A stretch of DNA of 64,000 nt, from NCBI GenBank assembly GCA_028023455.1, contig JAQFVV010000009.1:18042001-18106000 (forward strand). The letters are read 5' to 3'. Positions within the stretch are counted from its first letter, which is position 1; each line of letters opens with the position of its first letter. Shown here piece by piece: positions 51,043 through 64,000 of the stretch. This DNA comes from Epiperipatus broadwayi. Lineage: Eukaryota; Animalia; Onychophora. The position numbers and the translations under genes are program-made. The notes under the pieces were generated by a model, which was not told where the DNA came from, ran no database searches, and was given only the letters and a program-made list of their open reading frames with translations.

Positions 51043-54000
51043 ATTTTGCCTTCAATCTAAGCTTAAATCTATATAAAACTTGTATTTATTTATTTTTATG
51101 TGATGAAGATTTGCAAGAAAGCTTAGGATTTTTCCGTCCATAAATAATAATTTATTTATCGGTTAGCAGATGGGTCTACTATTTTATGGGCGGAGAAGGG
51201 GAAATAAAAATCATCACCCAAACTGCAAGCAATTAATAGTTTTTTTTATTGTTCCAGTATGGAGGAATGCCCAGAGAGGCTTTGTTTTGAAGTGGGCATT
51301 TAAAGCTTGATTATATATAGTTTATCATTGCCATCTTTTTCATTTGATTAAATAATTGATATTCTTGAAATAAAACGTTTATATGTTTTTGACTTTTTAT
51401 ATTGATTTTTGTAGAAAAAATTTTGTATTTACTTTTTTGTGTGTGGAATAAAATAATATCATAACTTAGTCAGTGGTAACATTACCCATTCTTTTTTATT
51501 TTAGAAACAAAATATAAACGGTGGACAACTAATGGGCATTCAATAATATTGCAGACTATATTTGCCTTTATCTGGCCTGTATGAGAGCAGTGTAAGTCAA
51601 TACTTTTTCTCTAAAGATGTACAAATTGATTATAAGAACCTGGTTGCATTACAATCTAGAACCCATTGGCTTATTTAGTATTTATATATATTGTCCTTAG
51701 ATTTAAATGATAGATATGACAACTATAATTAAATGTAAATTTGAAAAGTCATATAATGTTAAATCGTGGAATTTATCATTCTTTTGCTAAGAAATTGGCT
51801 AGCTTAACCAAAATAACTATTGTATGTTTACTGATGTACTTAAATTAGTGGATTTGGGTTTAAAATGTTAGTGCATTTTACATATGTTAAATCTTGAATA
51901 ATATAATTAGAATAAATGTGCTGCTTCTTTCATATAAAGAACAATTATTTAGAAATTATTAATGGAATTTAAATTGTAATGTCCCATTGATTTTTTTAAT
52001 CAAAATTTATAAATTGGAAAAAAATAATAAATATCCCCATTATCTAAAATCACATAATATTGTTCTAGGAGAAGATTTGAAAACTATATTATCTTGCATA
52101 TGCATCCTAATGAGTAAAGCTATTTGTCCCTGCTATTATACAGCTTAAAAACTGGATGTCTCATTAGTTGATAATATATTATTTTGATTGCAAACATCAA
52201 TATATATGTTCTTCCTAAATTTATACAAATTTGCCATATAATAGTAACATTTTAAACACTTTTTTAATATAATATAAAGAGATTATTTTCATCAATAATT
52301 AGCAAAGTATTGTACAAAGATTTAATATTTTAACATTATCTAGACAAATATTAAACCATTCCTAAGAGAGAAAAATTACTATTCTCTATAAAATATTGTT
52401 TTAAAATGTTGTCTTTTTGCCCCACTGTTTAAAAATATTATACCATAGCTTAATAATATTTAATTCAGATTATTGAGAGGAATATGAAAGATGCATAACA
52501 TTAATTTCATGTTCCTGGAACAGATGTTTGACTTTGGACTGTATAAATAGAATATTACCATCTTCGAAGATGAAAGTGTTTAGAATCATAGTCTGCCAAA
52601 TATGTGCAAGGGCCAGATTTGATCTAAGCCAATTGTACATTCATAAATTTTAGAAATAATACACAAAGAAATTTTTAAACTTATGTCAGTAAATTAGTAG
52701 TATTTCAACTAGCAGCTTGCTGGTTGAAATCCATAAATTAAATCAGTCTTAATCATGCATGCACAGTTCTTTATAGTGTTGAACTATAGTGCCACATTTT
52801 TCTTATTATTTATTTTATTCTGTTAATTTGTTTCCATTAACTTTTTACCATTAAGCTCTCTTCAGTATATTGCACTGCTCAAGCATTGCTATTTTGCAAG
52901 CACTGTACTACTTGCATACATATTAAGCACTGTACTGTTCACTGCTTTTTGGCTATTCTCTTTATTACTCTAGATAGCCAGTCTTGTTTTACATGATCTA
53001 AATTTCATAAATAGTTTATTTGTTAGCATGTCTACATTATTTCAACATTTGCATAATTTCACTTATGCATATTAATTATTTTTAGAGTGAAACTTTAATG
53101 TCTTTAATATTGTCTAATTTTATACACACTCATGCAACTTTATTATTCTTTATATATTAGTGTTTTAGTCAAATATAACAGTTTAAGATATCCATGCACA
53201 GTTATGATTCGATACTAAGATATATGCACTCAAATTGAGATAATTTCATTATTGTATTCTATACTTGAAAGAAAACCATTTAATTGATAATCTTCTTTTT
53301 TTTAATGATGATGATGATTACTAATAAATTCTCACAGTAGTTGTTGAAAATGCTAATTATATCACATACTGTAACCTTATACTTATGAATTCACTATGAA
53401 TTATTTTGATTGACATGGCAATGAATTGTTCCATTATACTTTTATGCTTTATAATATCTTTGCTTTCTCTCTTTAATCACTGTTTTTTGATTATACTTAT
53501 TTTCATATTTGGTTTGAACAATGTTAACTCAATTGTGGACACAACCCAGCTAATTTGGCAACCATAATTTTACCTATTTAGACTCTTCCAAGTTCAGCAC
53601 TTTTTCTAGTTTTTATGAAACTGGTGTCACTTTTCTCTCAATATACTCTATCACGAAATTGGAATTGTAGGTTAAAATATGTGAATATATATATGTATTT
53701 CTATTTTTGTGATTTCAATAATATGTGAGTATGCCAGATGCTCCAATTATTTTGTCTGAATGTTATTATGATGATGAAATATAGTTATTTATTATCTATT
53801 TGTGTGGGGAAGAGGGATATTAAACTTTTCAATAGAAAATTATTTACTAAGCAATCAATGTCACTACTTTTGTAGAACAAAAAAAAAAAGTGAGAAAATA
53901 AGATAAATTGGAAAAGAATCCAATAATTTGCTGCTTTTGATTTGAAGTGGAAAGATTAACTTTTTTGAAAATTTATGGGATTAGTAACTAATATTATACT

Positions 54001-54403
54001 TGAACTCGTTTTTAAAGATGGGGGGGGGAGGTTTTAAGGGAAAATATGATTGGTTAGAAATCTCATATTCTCATCACCACCCCCAAAGATGAAAGAAAAG
54101 TTTTCCAAGTGAATATAGGCATTAATTAAACTTGAAAAGCATGCTAAAGCTTTAACACTTGTTCATATCTAACTTTTTTTTTAAAAAGGCTAAAATAGTC
54201 TTTAAATAGCCTATTACAAGGCAGAGGCCTCTCCAAAGCTCCTCAGAAGAACAGTGAAGGAAAAGATATTATTCATCAGACTTGTTAAATGCTGGATCAG
54301 TAAAGGTTTGTACATGTTTTTGTTTTACCTTTTATTTAAAAATAACTAGATATCCATTTACTAACCAACCCTAAATATGATTAGAACTAGTAAAAAATTA
54401 TAT

Positions 54404-54460
54404 GTTCATCTGGCCTGGATTTGAACCCAAGTTTTAGGCATTGCAGATAAATATACTAAA
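54404..54460 (-). repeat. tRNA-derived relic with B box, probable SINE relic
   Basis: GGGTTCAAATCC (54428-54417), preceded by decayed A-box-like sequence. Confidence 0.35.
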
Positions 54461-56999
54461 TTAATATATCTCAAGACTTTTTATATTTAATATTTAGTTT
54501 TATTTTGTTAGTTATTGCTGTTTTTTTCTGTGCTGTAACATGACAGCTTTATAAAAGATTTTCATTAGAATCCACACAAACACTTTACATATGCAGGAAA
54601 GTTGTCAACCACTGCGATTGAATTTGAAGAAAGTTTGGAATGAAAATAAAATTTTTAAAAGCAATATACTTACATTTAGATAATAAAAATTGTTGTGTAA
54701 TTTACATACTACAACACAGTGTTTTTCAGTCTTTTCAACATTGTGATACCCTTGACCTCTTCATATCTTACAAGTCTCCTGAAGAAAACACCTCTTTTTT
54801 TTTAATTGATTTACTATCTAATTACTAGTTATGTGAGAGACATAATAGTATATTGTTGTTAGTTTCTGTTTATTCATTAATTAATGATGTGAAAATGTAT
54901 GTAATGTAAACTAATTAATTTATGACAACAATAGTATAATATTAAACTTAAAGTATTAGTTTTAATAGTGGTATATTCAGATAGAAAATAAAAATATAGT
55001 TTTTTTTTTTTTTTTTTACAAAATAACACGGAAAAGAAAGTCAAACTTTTTTTAAATATTAGAAACCCTGAATTTAGAAGTATTTAGAGCACATGGGTTA
55101 TTATCACTAACCTTATTTTGCATCTCTCCAGATTTATCTTCTTCACCATTACTAACACAATTTCTTTTTATGAACTTCCATATTTTAAAATTCTTCCAAG
55201 CATACAACAGATGCAAATCCCAACAGTAATGTTAAGATACTGTTTTGAATGTGATTTATAAATGTTTTCCAGATTACAACACCAAAATCTCACACAACAA
55301 TCCAACCATTATGGATAGAAATAGGCCATGCAGAGAGTCTTTGTGGTATAAAAAGATACCTAGTGAAATGAAAAGTGCCTGCATGTGAGCACAGTATAGC
55401 TTCCAGGAAGAGTTGAGCAGTGTTAGACAATTTAGAGTTATTGTAGTCTACTGGAAAAACTTTTATTGCAACAATGTAGTGATTTTATTTCAGTAATAAT
55501 TCATTCTAGGAATGCAGGACTTGCCAAGTATGTCTTAATTGTGACCACATTATCTTTTCTACACTGTATCATAGCACTGAACATGAAAATTTTTGTTGCA
55601 TACTTAGAGCACTTAGGATAATATGTTTTGTGGTATCAAATTATTAATATTCATTGGAAAAATTGATAGTATTTATTTAATTTTTATTTCTAAATCTCAT
55701 GGTTCTCCTAGTGCTGTACTCGTTAAGTAATGGCTGCTACAACAGTAGTAAAGATGAAAGTGCTGTTGATAAATTTGGCTATAATATATAGAAAAAGAAA
55801 AACTATATTTTGAATTCTTGCTTTGAGAAAAAAATTAACAGAAATAGATATGGAATCATCCAAATAAAAGGTACAGTTTTGCCTGAGGTTTCACTTAATA
55901 GGTTTTTAATGTTGACTATAAATCTTTAATTGACAATATATATATTCTAACCCCCCCCCCGCGCATCCTCACCCCAAAATTATTGTTTATTACGAATATT
56001 CCGGGTTCTAGCTCAGTTAACAAATAAATAAATGAAATATTCAGCATTAATTAAAATGGTTACTAGCTCAAATTTTTAAAATACCAATACGGTTCAATTT
56101 TTAAAATGAATTAACAAATATTTACTATTTTCATGAGACATGGAGTGACAATACGGGGAACGAGATAGACTACATTGAGACATTATCCACACGATACTAC
56201 CTCAATGGCATAAGAACACTATTCCCCCTTTTTACTATACCATCCCAAATAACTAACTCATAGTATTCTTACGACTTTCTCAGCTCTGTTCACTACGATT
56301 AAAATAATAATCATATCTTAATCTTCTTATAGCAAGAATCTAGCTTAATTAAATAAAATGAAGTAAAATAAAATAAAATAAAATCTCAGATTCATAAATT
56401 GTATTCTAACTGATTTAAAATTACGGTAGTAAAATATGAAAAGGGAATTTTATGTCATAATCTACTACACAGCAACTAACAATAATAAAATAATAATAAC
56501 AATAATAATATAATATAATCTTATTTCCTCCTAAATGAAATAAATAAATACGTACGTGGTAGTATTTTAATAATCTGACAACAGAATACGTGTAGCAACA
56601 TTAGCATATAATTTAATGTAATATTGTGGCAACCGACTTATGACCAATAAATAATATAAAATTATGATCTTTTAATTTTAACATACCAATAAATTCTCAA
56701 AATTATTATAACACTTTTATGTTTACCTTTTGTGCAAAATCTATATGTCTGTTTCAATTATAAGTGTATCGTGATTTCATGCATCCATGTGGAGAAATAA
56801 CAACGCGGACACAAAACTTTAAAACAAAGTTTATTAACAACATAAATAAATTAACAATATTTTTACACTATATACATTGGATATCCCTTACTCTCCTATC
56901 CAACTTAGTTTACTAGTTTATAAAATGAAATCAAAATACTATTTATTTTTCCTAGTTAAATCTTATTTTTAAAACGCTTAAGAAAATACAGTATTATTA

Positions 57000-59452
57000 T
57001 TTGATTTATTATTATGGTTAGCTTGTTACAAAATGCATTTCTTGTATGCTTATCACTAACACTTTGCATCCCTAATATTATTAAAATTATATTTTTTTTT
57101 ACAAAATTTACATTCGTAGTAAAATTCTACTAAATAACAATAAAATTCTAATTTTATATTGGTTGTATGGAATCTTACAAAGTCAAAACATTGTTCTACA
57201 TTTGGTATTAGGTTTTTATTGTTCATTATCCGATGTTTATTAATCCTAATATTCTCATTCAAGCCTTACTTCGGATGATATAATTACAACTATTCATATA
57301 CCATGCACAAGTATATGTTTATTATACCTTATTGAACTATTTTCTTAATAAATATGCAATACTTATTTTCTAAATATTATTTAAAACATTCAAATTTTAT
57401 TATCACTTAAAAAATACCTGGTTTAGATTTCTCTTTCAAAAATCTTATATTCATTTCTGAATTAATTTTACAATGTATTATATGATTCTTTCTCTCTTTA
57501 TGTTATTTTGGACTTTCAATTTTAAAGTTACACAATACAATACATTCCGGCAAATAAACTATTCTTACACAAACGATAACATATCTTCAGTTCTATTTTA
57601 TTCATTATTTCTTTGAAAATATCTTTCTGACCGATGCAGATTCACGAAATAAGATAGCGAAGATAGATGCATAGGATCAAAATATATCTAGAATATTACT
57701 TGTCATAAACCTTAACAATCATGGCACAGTGAATTAAAAGACACTATAGAGGAGTGACCTTTACCTGTCTACCAACCTCTATTATAGGAACGATGCTAAA
57801 GCTATTTCTTCAGCTTTATTATAACATCAAAAATTTAAAAATATGCAAAAAACACTGTCCAAATTATATGTGTTCAGTCATAGGGCTTAGTTAACTATCC
57901 TGAAATCACACAAAACTAACTATGATCCAAATCCTTTATTTTTCCTATTCCTTAAAAAAAAACATCATCTTGGTTTCCTCTCCACTAGTACTTCCAAGTC
58001 ACTATCCGATCTTATTTCTCAAGATTTTTCTATACTGTACATCGACAAATACATATCTGCATTTCTAACAATAATAAAATTCATTTATTTCAAAACTATT
58101 CCACTGTTCTATAAGAAAATCTTTTTACTACTTTCCTCGTATATTTAATCATATACAAACTATTTTAAAATATCTGAATACTTTATCACATGAAAGTTCA
58201 AAAGAATCACACAATTGTTCTGTTAAATTATATTATTAATATACTTTAAATAAATTATTGCATGCATATTCCGAATTACTCCTATCTCATTATATGTTAA
58301 AATGTTGTATAAAATGTGTACATATAATTTAAACTTTCACACTTCATTCTTAATCAATAGATGATCTAAAAAAAAATACACTATGCATTATAAATAACTA
58401 TCAAAATTACCAAACGATCTTTATCTTCTCGATCGTGTTCCATAGGCTTCACCATTCCATTGATTCTTGTAGATGTAAGACTCACATACATACACTTTAT
58501 TTTTAAACAATATTTCTATAATTTTATCAAGCTATTATATTTAAATCTTAATATTACTAAATTTATGTTTATATGTTTTCCCTAATCTCACATAGCATTT
58601 TATATTTTTAAAATAACTTAGTAAAATATTTAAACTATATTTACTGTACTTCTTTATCAAACTTTCTTGAAAACCGTTCATATTAAAGCTAAAAAAAATG
58701 TTTATTATTTCTTCTTCAGTCACTTAATGTTCAATTTTAAGGTAAAACAATTATTGCTCTGTTTAATAAATATTCATAGATGACAATCCTTGGTTTTTTA
58801 TCACATTTAATACAATTATTAACTATGATATCAATTAATCCCGTAAAGAAAACCTCTAAATATTTTCTTCTAATATTTTCTGCTAATATTTTCCCGCGAC
58901 TTTTATGATGCATCTTCTAGGTACTTTTATTTAAATATTCAGTAAATTTTTTCTGTCTCCATGGATCCATTTTATTAAGTATATTAGATTTATATTTTTC
59001 CAATTTCTCTTAGAGAAAGTTTTTCTGTTCTTTTTTTTTTCATAAAAACACAATAGCACTTTTATATCATTATTCTATAACTTTTTTCCTTTTTTTTTTT
59101 TTTTAAAGTTCTGGTAACTATATACTTTGTAATATTTCCTTTAAAAAGACAAACATTCTTTCTCCATTATAACTTTTACATAATTTTTTCCTTATGATAA
59201 ACGCATCTTAATTTTCTTTCATAGAGAAGAATAAAATAACTTCAGAGTAGCATTATAAAATTTGTGCATCATAAATTTTTTCTGACGGCAAGTAACTTCT
59301 CTTTTAAGTTTTCCGTATAACGTCCAAATTATATTCCTCTGAGTTACAATAATAAGTTTCTGGTTGAGCATAAATAAAGCTGTATCAATGCACTTTACAA
59401 ATATTTTTCCTTTAACAATATTTTTAGGTATTTTTTCCTTTAGTACTTCCAT
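57000..59452 (-). pseudogene. Decayed coding region with retroviral-integrase-like motifs (Ginger/Polinton-type candidate)
   Basis: ATG at 59452. HHKSRG...IRRKY...IVNNCIKC (58913-58803) is zinc-finger-like; D*GKH (58587-58579) and RINGMV (near 58464-58450) follow in integrase order across frameshifts. No RT was seen nearby. Confidence 0.4.
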
Positions 59453-59712
59453 TTTTACTGCAAGGTTTTGGCTAAACTTGAATAAAATCACTGGTAAGAA
59501 AACTTTTAAAAATTAGACCTCCATGTAAAGGCAGTCAAAATATTATATGTTAAAAAAACTTTTAAAATAAATACAAAATTTTAAAATTATATCACTTTTC
59601 TAGCTTACGGTCTTATCCAGCTAAAAAATATGTTACTCCCTCCTTCACTTACACATTACTTTCTCCCGCTTCGTCTAATTCTTATATTTTGTCTGCTAAA
59701 ATACCTCCGTTG

Positions 59713-59804
59713 ATTGGTTAATGACCTTTTTAGCGCGAACAAATTTACACATTTTAGTTTTATAATAGATTAAACCTCTTAAAATAAAGAATTTATGACG
59801 TCAT
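59713..59804 (-). promoter_or_regulatory. Cluster of CCAAT, E2F-like and CRE motifs upstream of the integrase-like region
   Basis: ATTGG at 59713-59717, TTTTAGCGCGAA at 59728-59739 and palindrome ATGACGTCAT at 59795-59804, in a locally CpG-retaining stretch. Confidence 0.4.
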
Positions 59805-62800
59805 GTTTCAAATATTACTTAGAATAGTATTTTTAATTCAATTATAATTTTATCAAAATCATTTAAACTTTAAAATAATTATTAAAACAATATTTAACAT
59901 TTCAACTTTTTACTTTAACGACAGATAGCAATTACATTTAGTTCCATAATTCACAAACTTTATTATTATTCTAACAAGCGTGTGTGTGAAGGTATATAAT
60001 ATACAATCACATGATTACTAACTTTATCAGATGATTTTTTAATTTACGTCTCGGTCTAAATTACCAAAACTGATATATTTTATAAAAATTTAGAAAATAA
60101 TTTAAAAATGTAGAACTAAATATAATTCTCACCATCATAAAGTTTATTTTAAAATATATTAGATTAAATTTGAATATTAATTATAATTATAATATTACAT
60201 ATAGCATTTATTTAATTTATTAGTTTTAAAATATTATACTCGAATTATTAATATACTTTTAACTATTTATAGCTGTATTATTTTATATGGCCAGCTTTTA
60301 CAACCATAAGCAAGGATATAATTAAGCTTTATTTAATTGTTTCTCTAAAAATAATCCATTACACTTTTACATACCAGATATTTTCAGCCTTAAATTGTAC
60401 TATAAAATCTAATTATCCTACTATTATTTATATATCATACAAACATATCTTAAAATTTAAATTTTTTTTTAGTAATTGACCATTCTACCTTATTATGACC
60501 TATAGATAAGGGCACAATATATATATATATGGTTTTGCTCAATTACATTAAGCTTTATTTAAGTGATCCTGTATGAAAAATTTTAAATTTTAATTAATAA
60601 TAATCATAATATTGAAAAATCAGTGTATAAAATCAGTAATAGGTTGAAATGCTTGTTGGATTATAATTTTCCAATTAAGTAAAAGCTCACCAATAAATAT
60701 CCTGAGAGTGATGAAGACTTGGACTGTTGAGATACACTAGAAAATCTGATAGAGTGGATATGAAATTCATAAACATTTTATCATACAGTCTAGTGGCAAT
60801 TATGTTTAAAATGATCAGTTAATAGTATTAAACCAATTTGGAAGTATAAAAATATTTAGACTTTATTATTATTATTAAACAATAATTACAAGAAAGAAAA
60901 CAATTTATAATTCTTTTAAATTTTGTAAACAATCTTCAAATATATTGTATTGCAATTTAAATTGATATGAAACAGTCTAATTAGTTATCACTAGAGGGAG
61001 AAATATTAATTTATTCACATTGTTCAGTTATTGGTCCATTTAGTACCACAATGCAATGTAATACAAGGTATAAATAATTTAACAGAGTTTGTAGGGGGGC
61101 TATCAAGAAATAAAATCAGAATAAAAAGGACTTCAATATCTATACCTATAAAATGAAGAAAGAGCTGAAAAATCGGTAAAATTGAAATCTACTTGAACAA
61201 GATTGCAAGATATTGTCTATTTAAAAACATGGAATAAGAAACTTTACCTTTGTATTCATTCATAACTATTTTCCATCAATTTATAGTTCCTGAGATTCAT
61301 ACTGGAGAAAAGAAATTTAGAGCCATATGGATAATTATTTGCCTCAACAAATATTACTTCAAACTAAGAACTAATCCAGAAAGTGTAAGCAATTACTTTT
61401 ATTTTATTTATGTTAGCCAGTTTTCATATTTAAAAATGATGCGCAAATTATTTAGATTGGCAGAGAAAAGAAGAAAATGTTTTGTTTTCACATTCTTTAT
61501 AATAAAGAAGAAAAATATGTTTGCTTATAAATTATAATCTTAATAAAATATAATTTGAAATAATTTTGAAGAAAAGTGTTAAAAGATAAAGCAAACAAAC
61601 TGAAAAGTCATTTTAAGTAGTAAAGTTTAATCAATTTTAAAAGAGAAATGCATGAACTTATTTCCTATTCTTATTAAAGAAGAAAAATTGTCTGGTAGTT
61701 TTGTTTTAGCGCAATTTTGCTTGATTATGGAAAATGGAAACGTTACAGTATTATAAACATCCAAGGATATCATATTTATAATTGCTCACAATTGAATAAA
61801 TTCTTTCTAGAATTATTAAAAAAAGAAAAAAAAGCACATATTAATTTGCTTATAGAAATAAATTAATAAATATTTACTTCTTAATCTTTATTGGGTAACA
61901 TGTGAATTAACAATAGTTTTAGACGTTTTAAAAAAAATGCCAAGATCATTTTAAAATTATTACAGATATTACTGCGAATGGAAAAGCAAAATGAATAAAT
62001 CAATAAATGATTTTTAAAGGTTTATTTTGTAGATTGTAATAAACCTATAAACTCATTTAGGGAAAATTATCTACAGAAAGTGTGGATGTGCTACACGGTT
62101 TTTGGAAGTGTTTGAATTTTATTTTATTATGCTAGCATCAAATATAATAATCATAAAACATATATATATATATATGTGTGTGCTACTTATGAATATTTGC
62201 TCATGATATCAGTTTCCTTATCATTCAGCTCTATAATGATGGAACAAACTTTGAACTAAGAAGGATAAAATGTAATGGGAGAAAATGTTCGTTTTTTTTT
62301 TATTGCTTAGGTTTATTATTGTAATATACAGTTTGTAATGTGTTATTCAGAGAATTCTTTTTTATTTATTGTGGTATGAAAATATATTTAGTTAAGGACA
62401 AATAGAGGTATAAAGATAATGCATTTATTATATTATACATACATTTATTATATTATATATTTTTTTGTGTGTGTTATTTTCCCAGTTGAGGGAAAATATA
62501 ATATTAAATATTGTTTATCTAGACAGAGAGAGAGAGAGATTCATCTCTCGCACTTTTAAAATAGATTTTAATATTTTATTGAAGGGTAAACAAACAGACC
62601 AAAATTTGTCAAAGATATACTATAATGACACAATTGTTTTATTATATGAAATATTTGATATAAGCATTTTGCATATATTAAATTTTGCCTATCAATTAGC
62701 ATGTCCACTTTAAAATGTAGGCTAATCTTCATTGTCTGCATGTGTATTGCTTGTTATAATAAAAATATTATGCTTTTTAAAAAAAAAATTAATGGTCGTT

Positions 62801-62949
62801 TGACTTTTAAGTTGGTTTATTTAATAAACTAATCGTTTCTGTATTGTGAAATGGAACATTTATGTTTCCACTTTTATTGTTAGAATTATTTTATCTTGCT
62901 ATTGTATTGATAAGGATTTGTGACAATTTTCTCCCATTGCCGATTCCAT

Positions 62950-63500
62950 GAGAGGATGATATGGTCAAGGCTGATCAATAGTTAGTGCTTAGTTAGCATA
63001 GTTAATCCCAAGAGAGGGTGATATCCATGGTCTGAATTCTATTTCCCTGTGATGAGGAAATGCCCACACATTTATACCTAGGAAAATGTATTAGAATTGG
63101 CCATATTATTGTACAACTATCATGTTGTTTTGTAGAGCCTCCCTTTATTGTTTGATCCCTCATAAGGTTATGTAGTTAGTTTTCCACCATGTATGGTGAA
63201 GTTTTAGTAATTTAAAATTAAATAGCAAGGATAAGATAAAGTTAGATTCAGAGATACTGGTTTATCTATAGTGTTTGTCTAATTGGAATAGTGTCTTTAT
63301 GATGTTGTAGGATCTTCATCAGTTTATAAACAAACCAATCAAAACTTACTAGTGATTGTAAAATTTCTGTATGGCAGAGCAAGTGATGCACCTGTACAAT
63401 GTTGATTTATTTTCATCAAGCAGTGATTCGCCAATGGATTGGTAACATAGGTTAACTATTAGAATGATTATGTTGTGGACATAGGCAAGTTTTTGGTGTC
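62950..63500 (-). mobile_element. Possible very decayed PLE GIY-YIG 3' fragment
   Basis: LYRCITCS..QKFY and REIEF.PWISPSLGIN loosely resemble GIY-YIG start and end motifs. Many stops. Confidence 0.25.
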
Positions 63501-64000
63501 ATGTGTGCATTTGACTTCTGATGTCTGTCTGCACATTAATACAATAAATCTTTTCATATTAAATAATAATAATTGTTAATTGTGCTGAATATGATAATTG
63601 TCCTTATCATATTCTCATAAATGAAATAGCTATAGTATAGTACACTAATTTATAACTTTGAGTTTTAGATTTTAAAATTTGCACATATCCCAAAGATTTA
63701 AATACACTTTTGTTTTATAATTTATGTGCTAATTTAGTTTGAATAGAGTTTAACCTTCCTATTCTATAAGATATAATAATAGAAACATAGCCAATAATGA
63801 TAATAGGAATATCACTGTACTAGTTTATCTTATATACTATATGTGTAGTTAATGGGATATAAATTATTTTCCATACCTGATTTTATATAATGTCTCTGAC
63901 TTATTTCATGCAATGTGTCTGAAATAAATTTGTAAATAGTGTAAATAAGACTTGTTGCGTTAAAAATTTATTTAGTTGTCTGTAGTCTTATTGCTAATCA

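Noticed and set aside
51258-51596. Possible plus-strand exons (ccag|TATGGAGG... and ...GCAGT|gtaagt)
   Set aside because: Splice phases could not be joined into an open frame.
61250-61537. IHTGEK zinc-finger linker in a short ORF with splice-like flanks
   Set aside because: No C2H2 pattern surrounds it; the overlapping minus-strand candidate exon has stops in all frames.

Overview
AT-rich eukaryotic DNA, probably from an invertebrate, made almost entirely of nested and decayed transposons. No host gene, CRISPR array or intact RNA gene could be supported. L1/Tx1-type LINEs: a TSD-bounded 6.0-kb copy at 12.2-18.2 kb and two 5'-truncated relatives, both inserted in copies of one LTR-like repeat. 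Other retroelements: Ty3/Gypsy remnants, two or three RTE remnants, and an inverted partial-tandem Penelope-like element (PLE) at 38.6-43.9 kb. DNA transposons: decayed piggyBac (apparently intron-containing) and Tigger/pogo transposases, a 305-bp fold-back MITE-like element, and a decayed integrase-like region downstream of a CCAAT/E2F-like/CRE cluster. Two observations stand out. First, a 382-bp insert with an 18-bp TSD inside the PLE combines a tRNA(Phe)-like Pol III head, a minimal hammerhead ribozyme and 42-bp repeats that start at the predicted cleavage site; it is a candidate ribozyme-bearing SINE/retrozyme. Second, the PLE terminal repeat carries a hammerhead whose C3-G8 core pair is replaced by A3-U8. 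All family calls come from motifs recognised by eye; no database searches or folding programs were run.
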